From Candidatus Multivorans sp. (GTDB taxonomy: Bacteria > Acidobacteriota > Thermoanaerobaculia > Multivoradales > Multivoraceae), in NCBI GenBank assembly GCA_965206765.1, contig OZ242222.1, forward strand, positions 1,191,165-1,255,164: a stretch of 64,000 bases of DNA, given 5' to 3'. Position numbers and translations under genes: made by a program. Below, in pieces: positions 42,193 through 50,237 of this stretch. The notes below the pieces were generated by a model. That model was given only the letters and a program-made list of their open reading frames with translations. It was not told the DNA's origin and did not search any database. The first letter of the stretch is position 1; the number at the start of each line of letters is the position of its first letter.

Positions 42193-43257
42193 ATGATCGC
42201 ATCGGCATCCGCCGCAGAACAACAGCTTCGCCGCTACTTGGCGGCGCCCCGGTACTCACCTCTCTATGTCGCAGGGGACGCCGTAGGTGTCTTGCCCTGC
42301 TTTCCTGCTTCGTCCTTCGACTGCTGCATGACCAGCCCCCCCTATTGGCGGAAGCGGCAGTACTCGGGCGGCGGTATCGGAATGGAGAGCACCTACGAAG
42401 ACTATGTCGACAAACTTCTCGCGGTGTTGGGAGAGGTCCGTCGCGTCCTTAAGCCCACGGGCTCGCTCTGGCTTAACCTGGGAGACTCCTACAAGAACAA
42501 GGGGCTGGCCGGCATTCCATGGCGAGTGGCATTGCGGCTCACGGACGAGCAGAACTGGATCCTCCGCAACAGTGTGGTGTGGAACAAGATCAAGGGCGGG
42601 CCAGACAACACCCGCGACCGTCTCCGAAACGTCCATGAAAACGTGTTTCACTTCGTCAAGGAACCGCGCGGGTACTACTACGACGTCGACTCGATTCGCA
42701 GCACACCGAAGACGACAAAGGTCGTCAATGGCTCCGTAGTCACGGCGACCGGCGTTCGCGGCGTGCGATATCGGAGGCAGATCGAACTCTCCACCGAACT
42801 CAGTGCGTCTGAGAGAAAGTCCGCCTCTCGGGCTCTCGCGGACATGCTCAACGCCGTGCGAGGTGGCACCGTGGCCGACTTCCGCATGATTATTCGTGGC
42901 AACCAGAGGACCACCCACTCGGACTCCGCAAGCGTCTCGGGTCGCGCCAAGGAGCTTCGCGATAAGGGCTTCTACTTCCTGAAGTACCACCCGAACGGCA
43001 GCAAGCCTGCGGACGTCTGGGACATCCTTCCTGAAGACACCCAGAAACGGCGAGCACATTTCGCACCTTACCCAGAGGATCTCTGCAAACTACCGATCCT
43101 CGCGACTTCGCCACCAGACGGCACGGTCCTTGACCCGTTCTGCGGCACAGGAACGACGATGCTAGTCGCACAGCGTCTAGGGAGAAAGTCGGTCGGCATC
43201 GATCTATCGGCCGAGTATCTGGAAATGGCCGAGATGCGAACGGGCTCATTGTTGTGA
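42193..43257 (+). CDS. Site-specific DNA methyltransferase (N4-cytosine/N6-adenine, beta class, PF01555-like)
   Basis: Motif IV TSPPYW precedes motif I DPFCGTGTT. That order is characteristic of beta-class amino-MTases, and an S-P-P-Y tetrapeptide favours N4-cytosine specificity. Confidence 0.85.
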   Translation: MIASASAAEQQLRRYLAAPRYSPLYVAGDAVGVLPCFPASSFDCCMTSPPYWRKRQYSGGGIGMESTYEDYVDKLLAVLGEVRRVLKPTGSLWLNLGDSYKNKGLAGIPWRVALRLTDEQNWILRNSVVWNKIKGGPDNTRDRLRNVHENVFHFVKEPRGYYYDVDSIRSTPKTTKVVNGSVVTATGVRGVRYRRQIELSTELSASERKSASRALADMLNAVRGGTVADFRMIIRGNQRTTHSDSASVSGRAKELRDKGFYFLKYHPNGSKPADVWDILPEDTQKRRAHFAPYPEDLCKLPILATSPPDGTVLDPFCGTGTTMLVAQRLGRKSVGIDLSAEYLEMAEMRTGSLL

Positions 43258-44102
43258 GCCAGGTACTCGAGCTCTTCGGGCACGGTGCGGACGAGGCAAC
43301 CGATTGGTCTCGGGTGGTTGGGGAGCAGCTCTGCCCCTACCTAGGCTCGGCATGCATCAAGACCCGGAAGAGTCAACCCGAAGTGGCCATTGGAACCTGT
43401 TGCGTCAGCTACGGCCGCGAGGAGCGGACTCCGGTGATCTGTCCGAACCGGCTCCTGAGAGGCGGAAAGGTAATCATCGACTGCATGCGCTACTTGCGGT
43501 CCTACGGACCGGGGGACGACCTGCACGTCGTTCCAGAAGTCGGAGTGCCGGGCGGAAGTGCCGACTACTTCTTGGTGTCTGTGAGCGGGGGCTCAGTCGG
43601 GGACTTTGTCGGGATCGAGTTGCAAGCACTTGACACGACGGGAACGGTCTGGCCGGCTCGTCAGCGGTTCCTAGGGCGAGTCGGACTACGCCAACGCGCC
43701 GAAGCAGAAGCAAGCAGTCGCAGATACGGCATGAACTGGAAGATGACCGCGAAGACGACTCTTGTTCAGCTACACCACAAGGTCCGAACTTTCGAGGCCC
43801 TGGGCCGGCAACTCGTACTTGTCTTGCAGGACGAGCTTCTTGGCTACTTGCAGAGGGAGTTCACCTTCGGGCACGTAGGCCATGCTTCCGACAACGACCC
43901 GATGCAGTTCCACGCCTACAACGTGCAACGGGGCCAAGCAGGCAGCGGGTTACATCTCGCAGAACGGCTGAGCACCGACACCAAGGGAGTCCGCCGCTGC
44001 TTGGATCTTCAGACTGAGGCGCGAGTTGACACCGACCATCTGGTCGCGCAGCTGCGCAGAAAGCTAGGTCCCAGCACCCTCTTCCGCCCAAGAGGAACGT
44101 AG
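43254..44102 (+). CDS. Candidate cognate type II restriction endonuclease (Cys-rich N-terminal metal-binding region)
   Basis: GTG start at 43254 overlaps the MTase TGA, forming a GTGA that implies translational coupling. It has 5 Cys in the first 65 aa (CPYL...C...CC...C) and a possible D...E-x-Q/K catalytic core (DFVGIELQ). Confidence 0.5.
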   Translation: MSQVLELFGHGADEATDWSRVVGEQLCPYLGSACIKTRKSQPEVAIGTCCVSYGREERTPVICPNRLLRGGKVIIDCMRYLRSYGPGDDLHVVPEVGVPGGSADYFLVSVSGGSVGDFVGIELQALDTTGTVWPARQRFLGRVGLRQRAEAEASSRRYGMNWKMTAKTTLVQLHHKVRTFEALGRQLVLVLQDELLGYLQREFTFGHVGHASDNDPMQFHAYNVQRGQAGSGLHLAERLSTDTKGVRRCLDLQTEARVDTDHLVAQLRRKLGPSTLFRPRGT

Positions 44103-44109
44103 GCACGCC

Positions 44110-44290
44110 TCCAGCTTTGCCCTAACAGGTTCCTTTAGCCAAGACAGGACGCCGAGGTTGCCCTCGCGAGCCGCGGCGTGTCGCCTCCACCGCAGTTAGG
44201 AAAGCGAACGGCGCGGTAGTACGCGGGAACGTCGGAGCCGGCGGCGTCGATTCGAGCGACTTCCCAGGCCCCCTAGCCCCCCATAGCGGA
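44110..44290 (-). pseudogene. Decayed duplicate of the 3' end (last ~55 codons) of the hypothetical gene at 44962..45969
   Basis: About 75% nucleotide identity to 44975..45140. The translation retains ...YYRA.RF......REGNLGVL.WL.EP... in the same order as the intact C-terminus. Confidence 0.7.
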
Positions 44291-44954
44291 CCGGTGCCGA
44301 AGTTGGCGGCAGGTCTAGTACCTGCCATATCGACTCACGGTCGAGGAAGTCGTCGAACCGACGAACGTGCTCGACCTGGTTTCCAATCCCGATGAAGTTC
44401 CACCCCAACGCGCGACTCGCTGCCCTGTCCCATGACTGGTTTCCGAAGTAGAACCTCCGCTCGGCTGGTTTGTCAGCCATGGCTCTTCGCTCGGCGATCT
44501 GCATGATCTCGATCCGGCGAATGGCGTCTGAAGCGGATGACAAGTGCAACATGTCGGGGTCGAGGCCGATCGCTCGGAGCTTCATCGCCGCCGTCTCAGG
44601 CCAACCGCCGGTCGCAACGGCCACGCGGACTTCCGGGTGCGCAATGAGTCGGTTCACGAAGGCACGGGCGCCGGGGATCTCCGGTAGTCGGCCATCCCGA
44701 TCGCTGAGATAGTCCCGGACCAGGGCGACAAAGGCCTTCTTGACCGAGGCACGGGCAGCGAAGCGGTCGATTTCGACGGCGTGCCGATCGAGGATCTCGT
44801 CCAGGATGCCGCTGTCCGTGGCGTGCTGGTAGCTGGACCAGTCCTCATCGACCCCGATGTCGAGCACGTCTCGAACCGCCTGGGCGTACAAGACTCCGTC
44901 GAACTCGTCCGACTCGACGAGGGTTCCGTCGACGTCGAAGACGATCAGGTGCAT
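44196..44954 (-). CDS. HAD-superfamily hydrolase
   Basis: Start MHLIVFDVDGTL (HAD motif I), motif II S/T, and a K...GD/N region (WNFIGIGNQ). The C-terminal ~30 codons read through into the duplicated fragment. Confidence 0.7.
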   Translation of the reverse strand: MHLIVFDVDGTLVESDEFDGVLYAQAVRDVLDIGVDEDWSSYQHATDSGILDEILDRHAVEIDRFAARASVKKAFVALVRDYLSDRDGRLPEIPGARAFVNRLIAHPEVRVAVATGGWPETAAMKLRAIGLDPDMLHLSSASDAIRRIEIMQIAERRAMADKPAERRFYFGNQSWDRAASRALGWNFIGIGNQVEHVRRFDDFLDRESIWQVLDLPPTSAPVRYGGLGGLGSRSNRRRRLRRSRVLPRRSLS

Positions 44955-44961
44955 GGACTTC

Positions 44962-45969
44962 CTAGCTTCCACGGTTCGTAGCCAGCCACTCCTCCAGGGC
45001 CACTCTGGCCGGTTCCTCCAGCCAGGGCAGGACGCCCAGGTTGCCCTCGCGGGCGGCGGCGTCTATGTCGACTTCGTTGCGGTCGAGAAAGCGGGCGGCG
45101 CGGTAGTACAGGGGGCCCTCGGAGTCGGCGGCGTCGCCGAGTTCGATCAGGTGGCCGGCGAGTTCGCGGGTGCGGCGGAGCCTGGGCGGCAGCGGTGGCG
45201 CGGGCAGGGGTCTGGGCAGGCGAGGCTGGAGACCCGCGGCTTCGGCTGCGCATTGGAACGCCGCGGCGTCGGGCGGCGACTCGCCGCCGTGAAACAGGGC
45301 GTCGAAGGCCTCGGGCCAGGTGGATTGCAGGCGTTCGGCGAGCAGGCGCCGCTCGCGGGCGCCGAGCTGCATCGCGCGCGGTACGACGAGACGGGCGCCG
45401 GCGGCGGCGAGTCGCGCCATCGCCGGCGCCAGGAGGCCCGGCTGGTCGGTCCAGTCGGCAACGAGCGGCCAGACGACGGTCGCGCCGGCCAGCGGACGCG
45501 GTTCGAACGGGAGGCCAGGCTGCCGACGCTCCCTGAACTGGCTTCGCAGCGCGGCAGCGTGGCGGACCAGGGCGTCGAGGAGGTCGACTGCGACGACGGC
45601 GTTGGGGGGCAGGTCGGCAAGTCTTGGCGCGGCCACCTCGCCAAGGCTCGACCCGCCGACCGGGATGTTCGCTACCACTTGAATCAGGAGCGGCACTCCG
45701 GCACCGGCCGCGGCCTCGACGATGCGGGTACGGAGGGGCTCGTGATCCGCCGGTAGCGGGGGAACGTAGACGACATCGGTCACCGAGTGCACCCCTTCGG
45801 CGGCCTCGGCGCCGGCCGGCAAGGGTCCGGCCGTCGACGGCGGCAGGCCGCCGGTGGCGAGATCGCACCAGAGGTCGTCGCTGCCGGCCGCGGGCCAACG
45901 GGGAAAGCTGTGACGGATCCAGAGGTTCGCCGGTTCGGCGACGTGTTCGCGGAGGTTGAGAGCGCTCAC
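44962..45969 (-). CDS. Hypothetical protein (335 aa) with no recognised family
   Basis: Clean high-GC3 ORF, Pro/Ala/Leu-rich, with no catalytic signature that I can assign. Its 3' end is the source of the duplication at 44110..44290. Confidence 0.55.
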   Translation of the reverse strand: MSALNLREHVAEPANLWIRHSFPRWPAAGSDDLWCDLATGGLPPSTAGPLPAGAEAAEGVHSVTDVVYVPPLPADHEPLRTRIVEAAAGAGVPLLIQVVANIPVGGSSLGEVAAPRLADLPPNAVVAVDLLDALVRHAAALRSQFRERRQPGLPFEPRPLAGATVVWPLVADWTDQPGLLAPAMARLAAAGARLVVPRAMQLGARERRLLAERLQSTWPEAFDALFHGGESPPDAAAFQCAAEAAGLQPRLPRPLPAPPLPPRLRRTRELAGHLIELGDAADSEGPLYYRAARFLDRNEVDIDAAAREGNLGVLPWLEEPARVALEEWLATNRGS

Positions 45970-45974
45970 GCCCT

Positions 45975-46150
45975 GACGCTCCCGAACCAGATGCGGGCGG
46001 GACGCCCGCGTTCCCAGGGCAGAGAGGTCATGGGGCGACGTTCCCGAACCAGATGCGGGCGAGACGCCCGCGTTCCCAGGGCAGAGAGGTCACGGGGCGA
46101 CGTTCCCGACGCGGATGCGGGCAAGATGCCCGCGTTCCCAGGACGGACGG
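45975..46150. repeat. Tandem array of about three 62-bp units, each carrying a GC-rich hairpin (GCGGGC[G/A]-NGA-[C/T]GCCCGC) plus the conserved flank GTTCCCAGG
   Basis: The period is 62 bp (CGAACCAGATGCGGGC at 45983 and again at 46045). The third unit has diverged and abuts the ribE stop. Confidence 0.85.
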
Positions 46151-46151
46151 C

Positions 46152-46892
46152 TCAACGCCGGGCCGACTCGAGGGCGGCTGCGACGGCCGCCTCGACGGAC
46201 TTCTGCACGTACCGGGCGAGAACGTCGCCCTCGACGTTGACCCGGTCTCCAGGCTTCAGGTCCGAGAGGGTCGTGACCTCGAGCGTGTGCGGAATCAGGG
46301 CGACGTCGAAGGTCTCTTCGTCGAGCGCCGCGATCGTCAGGCTGACGCCGTCGATGGTCACGCTGCCCTTGAGAACGAGGCTGTTCTCGAGCTCGGCGGG
46401 GACTTCGAACGTGATGACCCGGTTGTCTCCGAGTTCCTCGACTTTCGCCACCCGGGTCGTCGTGTCGACGTGTCCCTGGACCCAGTGGCCGCCAAGCGGA
46501 TCGCCGGCCGAGAGCGGCGGCTCCAGGTTCACCTCATCGCCGTCCTGAAGCGTGCCCAGCGTCGTTCGGCTGAGGGTTTCAGGAGACAGATCGAAGGCGG
46601 ACCACGCCGGGATGGCGTCTTCCGCGCCTTTGCCCGCAACTCCGTTCGCGCCGCCCTGCTCCACCACGGTAAGGCAAACGCCGGAGACCGAGAGGCTGGC
46701 GCCCAAATCCAGCCGCGACGCAAGCCTCTCGGAGTGCCCGATCACCACGCGGGAACCCGTGGGGCGCGTCCTCGCGCCACACGCGACCCAGTCCGAGCGC
46801 CCGTCTTCGGGCGGTCGGATGGCACCGTGGCGCCCCAGGGCCTTTGGGGCCTCGACTACCCGGCCAAACTCCGTGACAATTCCGGTAAACAT
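46152..46892 (-). CDS. ribE: Riboflavin synthase alpha subunit
   Basis: MFTGIV start and a duplicated lumazine-binding barrel. Confidence 0.8.
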   Translation of the reverse strand: MFTGIVTEFGRVVEAPKALGRHGAIRPPEDGRSDWVACGARTRPTGSRVVIGHSERLASRLDLGASLSVSGVCLTVVEQGGANGVAGKGAEDAIPAWSAFDLSPETLSRTTLGTLQDGDEVNLEPPLSAGDPLGGHWVQGHVDTTTRVAKVEELGDNRVITFEVPAELENSLVLKGSVTIDGVSLTIAALDEETFDVALIPHTLEVTTLSDLKPGDRVNVEGDVLARYVQKSVEAAVAAALESARR

Positions 46893-48043
46893 CCTTGCCG
46901 GTACCCTACAAGAATCACGTCCGGGCTACGCCTCTGAACCCGCAGCCGATCGAGGCGCCAGGCGTCAGCCAGCTTCTCGGCGCCCGCGCCGCCGAGCGGC
47001 CCCGGGGCCAGAGTACCGCCGATCAGGAGGGGCGCGCAGCACACCGCGGCCCGATCCCAGACACCCGAGGACGCAAACGCCTCCAGCACCCCGGCGCCGC
47101 CCTCGACCAGCACGTTCGACACGCCGCGCCCGGCCAGGTCCGCCAGCACCGCGGGCGGCGCCACGGCCTCGATCACGACGACATCGGCGCCCGCATCACG
47201 TAGACGGTCTCGCCGCCGGGCCCATTCCACCGCGCCCTCGTCCGCGCCCTCGTCCGCGCCGCCCTCCGGCGCCGCCGTGTAGACGACAACCGGCCCCTCG
47301 ACCTCGAACATCCGCGCCCCCGGGGATAGCCGCAACCGCCGATCGAGCACCACCCGCACGATCGGTCCCTCGGCCCGGCCCAGCCGCCGGTTCAGACGCG
47401 GATCGTCGGCCAGCGCGGTGCCGCTGCCTACCGCGATCGCCTGGTGCTCCTCGCGCAGTTCGAGCGCCCAACGGCGGCCGCGCGGCGACGAGATCCACTG
47501 GCTGTCGCCGGTCGCCGTCGCGATCCGGCCGTCCAGGCTCATCGCCCACTTCAGCGTCACGGCGGGCCGCTGATGGAGGACGCGGGTCAGGAAGGGCACG
47601 TTCATCTCGACCGCCTGCTCGGCCAGAAGCCCGCTCTCGACCAGGAGGCCCGCGGCCCGCAGCCGTTCGCCACCCCCGCCGATCACCTCGGGGTTCGGAT
47701 CGCGGTGGGCGAAGACCACGCGCTCAACCCCGGATTCCAGGATCCGTCCCGCGCAGGGCGGCGTCCGACCGCGATGGTTGCAGGGCTCGAGCGTGACGTA
47801 GATCGTGCCGCCGCGGGCGCGTTCGCCGGCAGCGTCGAGCGCCATCGCCTCAGCGTGCTCGCCGCCGGCCCGGCGGTGCCAGCCGGCGCCGACGATCTCG
47901 CCGCTCTTCGTGACCACCGCCCCCACCATTGGGTTCGGCGCCGTGGTCAGGCGGCCCCGCCGCGCCAGCGCCAGCGCTCGTCCCATCGCCCGCCGATCGG
48001 CGTCGTCGAACCGCCCGCCCGCCTCAGCGCCCACGGCGCTCAC
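46856..48043 (-). CDS. ribD: Bifunctional riboflavin biosynthesis deaminase/reductase RibD
   Basis: Deaminase motif HAEAMAL ... PCNHRGRTPPC, plus the reductase domain. GTG start at 48043 in a GTGA overlap with the ftsY stop. The annotated 479-aa ORF carries a 5' read-through. Confidence 0.8.
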   Translation of the reverse strand: MSAVGAEAGGRFDDADRRAMGRALALARRGRLTTAPNPMVGAVVTKSGEIVGAGWHRRAGGEHAEAMALDAAGERARGGTIYVTLEPCNHRGRTPPCAGRILESGVERVVFAHRDPNPEVIGGGGERLRAAGLLVESGLLAEQAVEMNVPFLTRVLHQRPAVTLKWAMSLDGRIATATGDSQWISSPRGRRWALELREEHQAIAVGSGTALADDPRLNRRLGRAEGPIVRVVLDRRLRLSPGARMFEVEGPVVVYTAAPEGGADEGADEGAVEWARRRDRLRDAGADVVVIEAVAPPAVLADLAGRGVSNVLVEGGAGVLEAFASSGVWDRAAVCCAPLLIGGTLAPGPLGGAGAEKLADAWRLDRLRVQRRSPDVILVGYRQGCLPELSRSLAG

Positions 48044-49032
48044 CCGAACAGAGCGGCCGCAAAGGACCGCGGCTTGTAGTCGACGATGTCCTCCACCCCC
48101 TCGCCCACACCCAGGTAGGCGACCGGCAGGCGCAGATCGCGGGCGATCGCCACCGCCATGCCGCCTTTGGCCGTACCGTCGAGCTTGGCCAGGAACACGG
48201 CGTCGATCGGGACCGTCGCCCCGAACTCGCGCGCCTGCACCAGCGCGTTGTGACCGTTGCCGGCATCGACAACCAGGAGGGTGAAGAGGTTCCACTCGTC
48301 GCCGGCAGCGCGCCGCGTGACACGGTGAACCTTCGACAACTCGTCCATCAGTTCACCGCGAGTGTGGAGGCGGCCCGCCGTATCGACGATCAGGTGATCG
48401 ATGCCGCGGGCGCCGGCTGCCTGGACGGCGTCGAAGACGAGCGCCGCCGGGTCGCCGCCCGACCGGCGGCGGACGACCTCGATCCCCAGCCGCTCGCCCC
48501 AGACCTCGAGCTGCTCCGCGGCCGCGGCACGAAAGGTGTCGCCCGCCGCGAAGAGGACCTTCTCGCCCCGGGCCAGGGACGCCCGCGCCAACTTGGCGGC
48601 GGAGGTCGTCTTGCCCGAACCGTTGACGCCGACCATCAGGGTGATGCGCGGGGTCGCCGGCAGCGCGGCGGGCGGAGCGTCGAGCAGCAGCACCGCCACT
48701 TCGTCGACGAGCAGTTGCCGCAAGGCGAACTCGTCGCCGGCGGCGATCGGCCCCGAATCTCCCGCCTGACGCAACCGCTCCACGAGCTCGAGCGAGGTCT
48801 CGACCCCCAGGTCGGCCTCGATCAGCGTCTCCTCGAGCCGTTCCAGCACATCCTCATCGATCCGCGCCGCGCCTCCAAGCGCGGTGCTGATCCGGCCGAC
48901 CAGTCCCGTCCGGGTACGGCCGAGGCCGCGTCGCAGCCGGTTCCACAGGCCGCCCCTTCCGGATTCCAGCGATTCGCGCGCTTCGCCTTCCGCCGCCGGC
49001 GCGGCCGTGCCGCCGCCGATTCCCGCGCTCAC
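48040..49032 (-). CDS. ftsY: Signal recognition particle receptor FtsY
   Basis: NG domain with GVNGSGKTTS, DTAGR, and the GxGEG-like motif. Confidence 0.9.
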   Translation of the reverse strand: MSAGIGGGTAAPAAEGEARESLESGRGGLWNRLRRGLGRTRTGLVGRISTALGGAARIDEDVLERLEETLIEADLGVETSLELVERLRQAGDSGPIAAGDEFALRQLLVDEVAVLLLDAPPAALPATPRITLMVGVNGSGKTTSAAKLARASLARGEKVLFAAGDTFRAAAAEQLEVWGERLGIEVVRRRSGGDPAALVFDAVQAAGARGIDHLIVDTAGRLHTRGELMDELSKVHRVTRRAAGDEWNLFTLLVVDAGNGHNALVQAREFGATVPIDAVFLAKLDGTAKGGMAVAIARDLRLPVAYLGVGEGVEDIVDYKPRSFAAALFG

Positions 49033-50237
49033 TGCCCGGCCCCGGACAACGAGGCGCGGGAGTCGTCGAGAAACGCCTGGAGCTCACTCCGCACCAACGC
49101 CGGATCGAGATCCGCGACGATCTCGCCACGACCCGGTTCGGCCGGCAGGATCCAGACCAGACCGCTCTCGCGCGCCTTCTTGTCGCGGCCCATCGCGTTG
49201 ACGAGCCGGTCCACGTCCAGCCGCACGCCACACTGCTGCTCCACCGTGCCGAGCCTCGGTGGCCCGAGCCGGTCGATCATGCGCCCCAGGCGCGACGCGA
49301 ACTCCGGGTCCAGCCCGCGCCGAAGCGCCAGGCGCAGGGCGAACCTCATGCCGTGGCCCACCGCGTCGCCGTGACGCAGGCCCCGGTAGCCGAACTCCGA
49401 TTCGATCGCGTGGCCCAGGGTGTGGCCGAAGTTGAGCAACCGCCGGCGGTCCCCTTCTTCGAGGTCGGCTTCGACGACTCCCAGCTTGGCCTGGATCGAA
49501 GCCGCGACCACCCGCGTCAGCGACTCCGGGTCGCCCGCGAGCAGCCGCTCGAGGGACTCCTCCACCTGCGCCAGCAGATCGAGATCGAGCAGCGCCGCCA
49601 TCTTGACGACCTCGAACAAGCCGGCCCGCAACTCGCCGGCCGGCAGTGTGCGCAGGCAGTCGATGTCGGCGAGCACGAAGCGGGGATGGTGGAAGGCGCC
49701 GACCGTGTTCTTGCCGCCTGGGAGGTCGACCCCGGTCTTGCCGCCGACCGAGGCGTCGACCTGAGCCAGAAGAGTCGTCGGGATCTGGATGTAGTCGATG
49801 CCGCGCAGGAAGCAGCCGGCGGCGAAGCCTCCAAGGTCGCCCACCGCGCCTCCGCCGAGCGTCACCAGGCGACTGTCGCGCTTGCCGCCCCGCTCGAGCA
49901 TCTGCCGCCAGACGGAGGCGGCGCACTCGACCGTCTTCGCCGCCTCGCCGTCGGGCACGTAGATCGTCTCGATCCGGGTCGCGCCCGCGGTCTCCAGCAA
50001 CTGCCGAACCGAGGCGCCGCAGTGGCGGTCCGGCGCCTCGCTCGTGACCATGAAGACGACGCAGCCCCGGCACCAGTCGGCAACGTCGGCGAGAGCACCC
50101 GCGCCGCCCGCAGCCAGCAGACCAGGGCCGACGAGGATCTCGCTCACCCCGCGGGGGTGGGCGAGAGTCAGACGGCGCGGAGCGTCCAAGCCGACCTCCG
50201 CGCTACCCGCCCTGGGCTGAGCCCCGCGGGCGGACAC
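49029..50237 (-). CDS. aroB: 3-dehydroquinate synthase
   Basis: GGGAVGDLGGF and the metal-binding HGH. Confidence 0.8.
   Translation of the reverse strand: MSARGAQPRAGSAEVGLDAPRRLTLAHPRGVSEILVGPGLLAAGGAGALADVADWCRGCVVFMVTSEAPDRHCGASVRQLLETAGATRIETIYVPDGEAAKTVECAASVWRQMLERGGKRDSRLVTLGGGAVGDLGGFAAGCFLRGIDYIQIPTTLLAQVDASVGGKTGVDLPGGKNTVGAFHHPRFVLADIDCLRTLPAGELRAGLFEVVKMAALLDLDLLAQVEESLERLLAGDPESLTRVVAASIQAKLGVVEADLEEGDRRRLLNFGHTLGHAIESEFGYRGLRHGDAVGHGMRFALRLALRRGLDPEFASRLGRMIDRLGPPRLGTVEQQCGVRLDVDRLVNAMGRDKKARESGLVWILPAEPGRGEIVADLDPALVRSELQAFLDDSRASLSGAGQ

Larger units (their letters stand above)
40470..44960. mobile_element. Lower-GC genomic island downstream of lysS carrying a type II R-M system, two uncharacterised genes and a HAD hydrolase flanked by a decayed duplication of the adjacent gene's 3' end
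   Basis: GC drops to roughly 57-62% versus about 70% in the flanks. Codon usage is visibly different, with A/T-ending codons. No integrase was found. Confidence 0.6.

Noticed and set aside
43254-44102. Outright identification of the endonuclease as a NotI orthologue
   Set aside because: The resemblance (FGH...CPYL in the Cys-rich N-terminus) is from memory only. The protein is about 100 aa shorter than NotI and I cannot align it rigorously here. I kept it as a hypothesis in the findings.
45975-46150. Possible CRISPR array
   Set aside because: The 62-bp units are directly adjacent with no unique spacers, there are only about three units, and no cas genes are nearby. It is a tandem or dispersed repeat family instead.
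46856-48100. Expected FMN riboswitch upstream of ribD
   Set aside because: The ribD GTG start overlaps the ftsY stop (GTGA), so there is no leader region. ribDE appear to be co-transcribed with ftsY and aroB.
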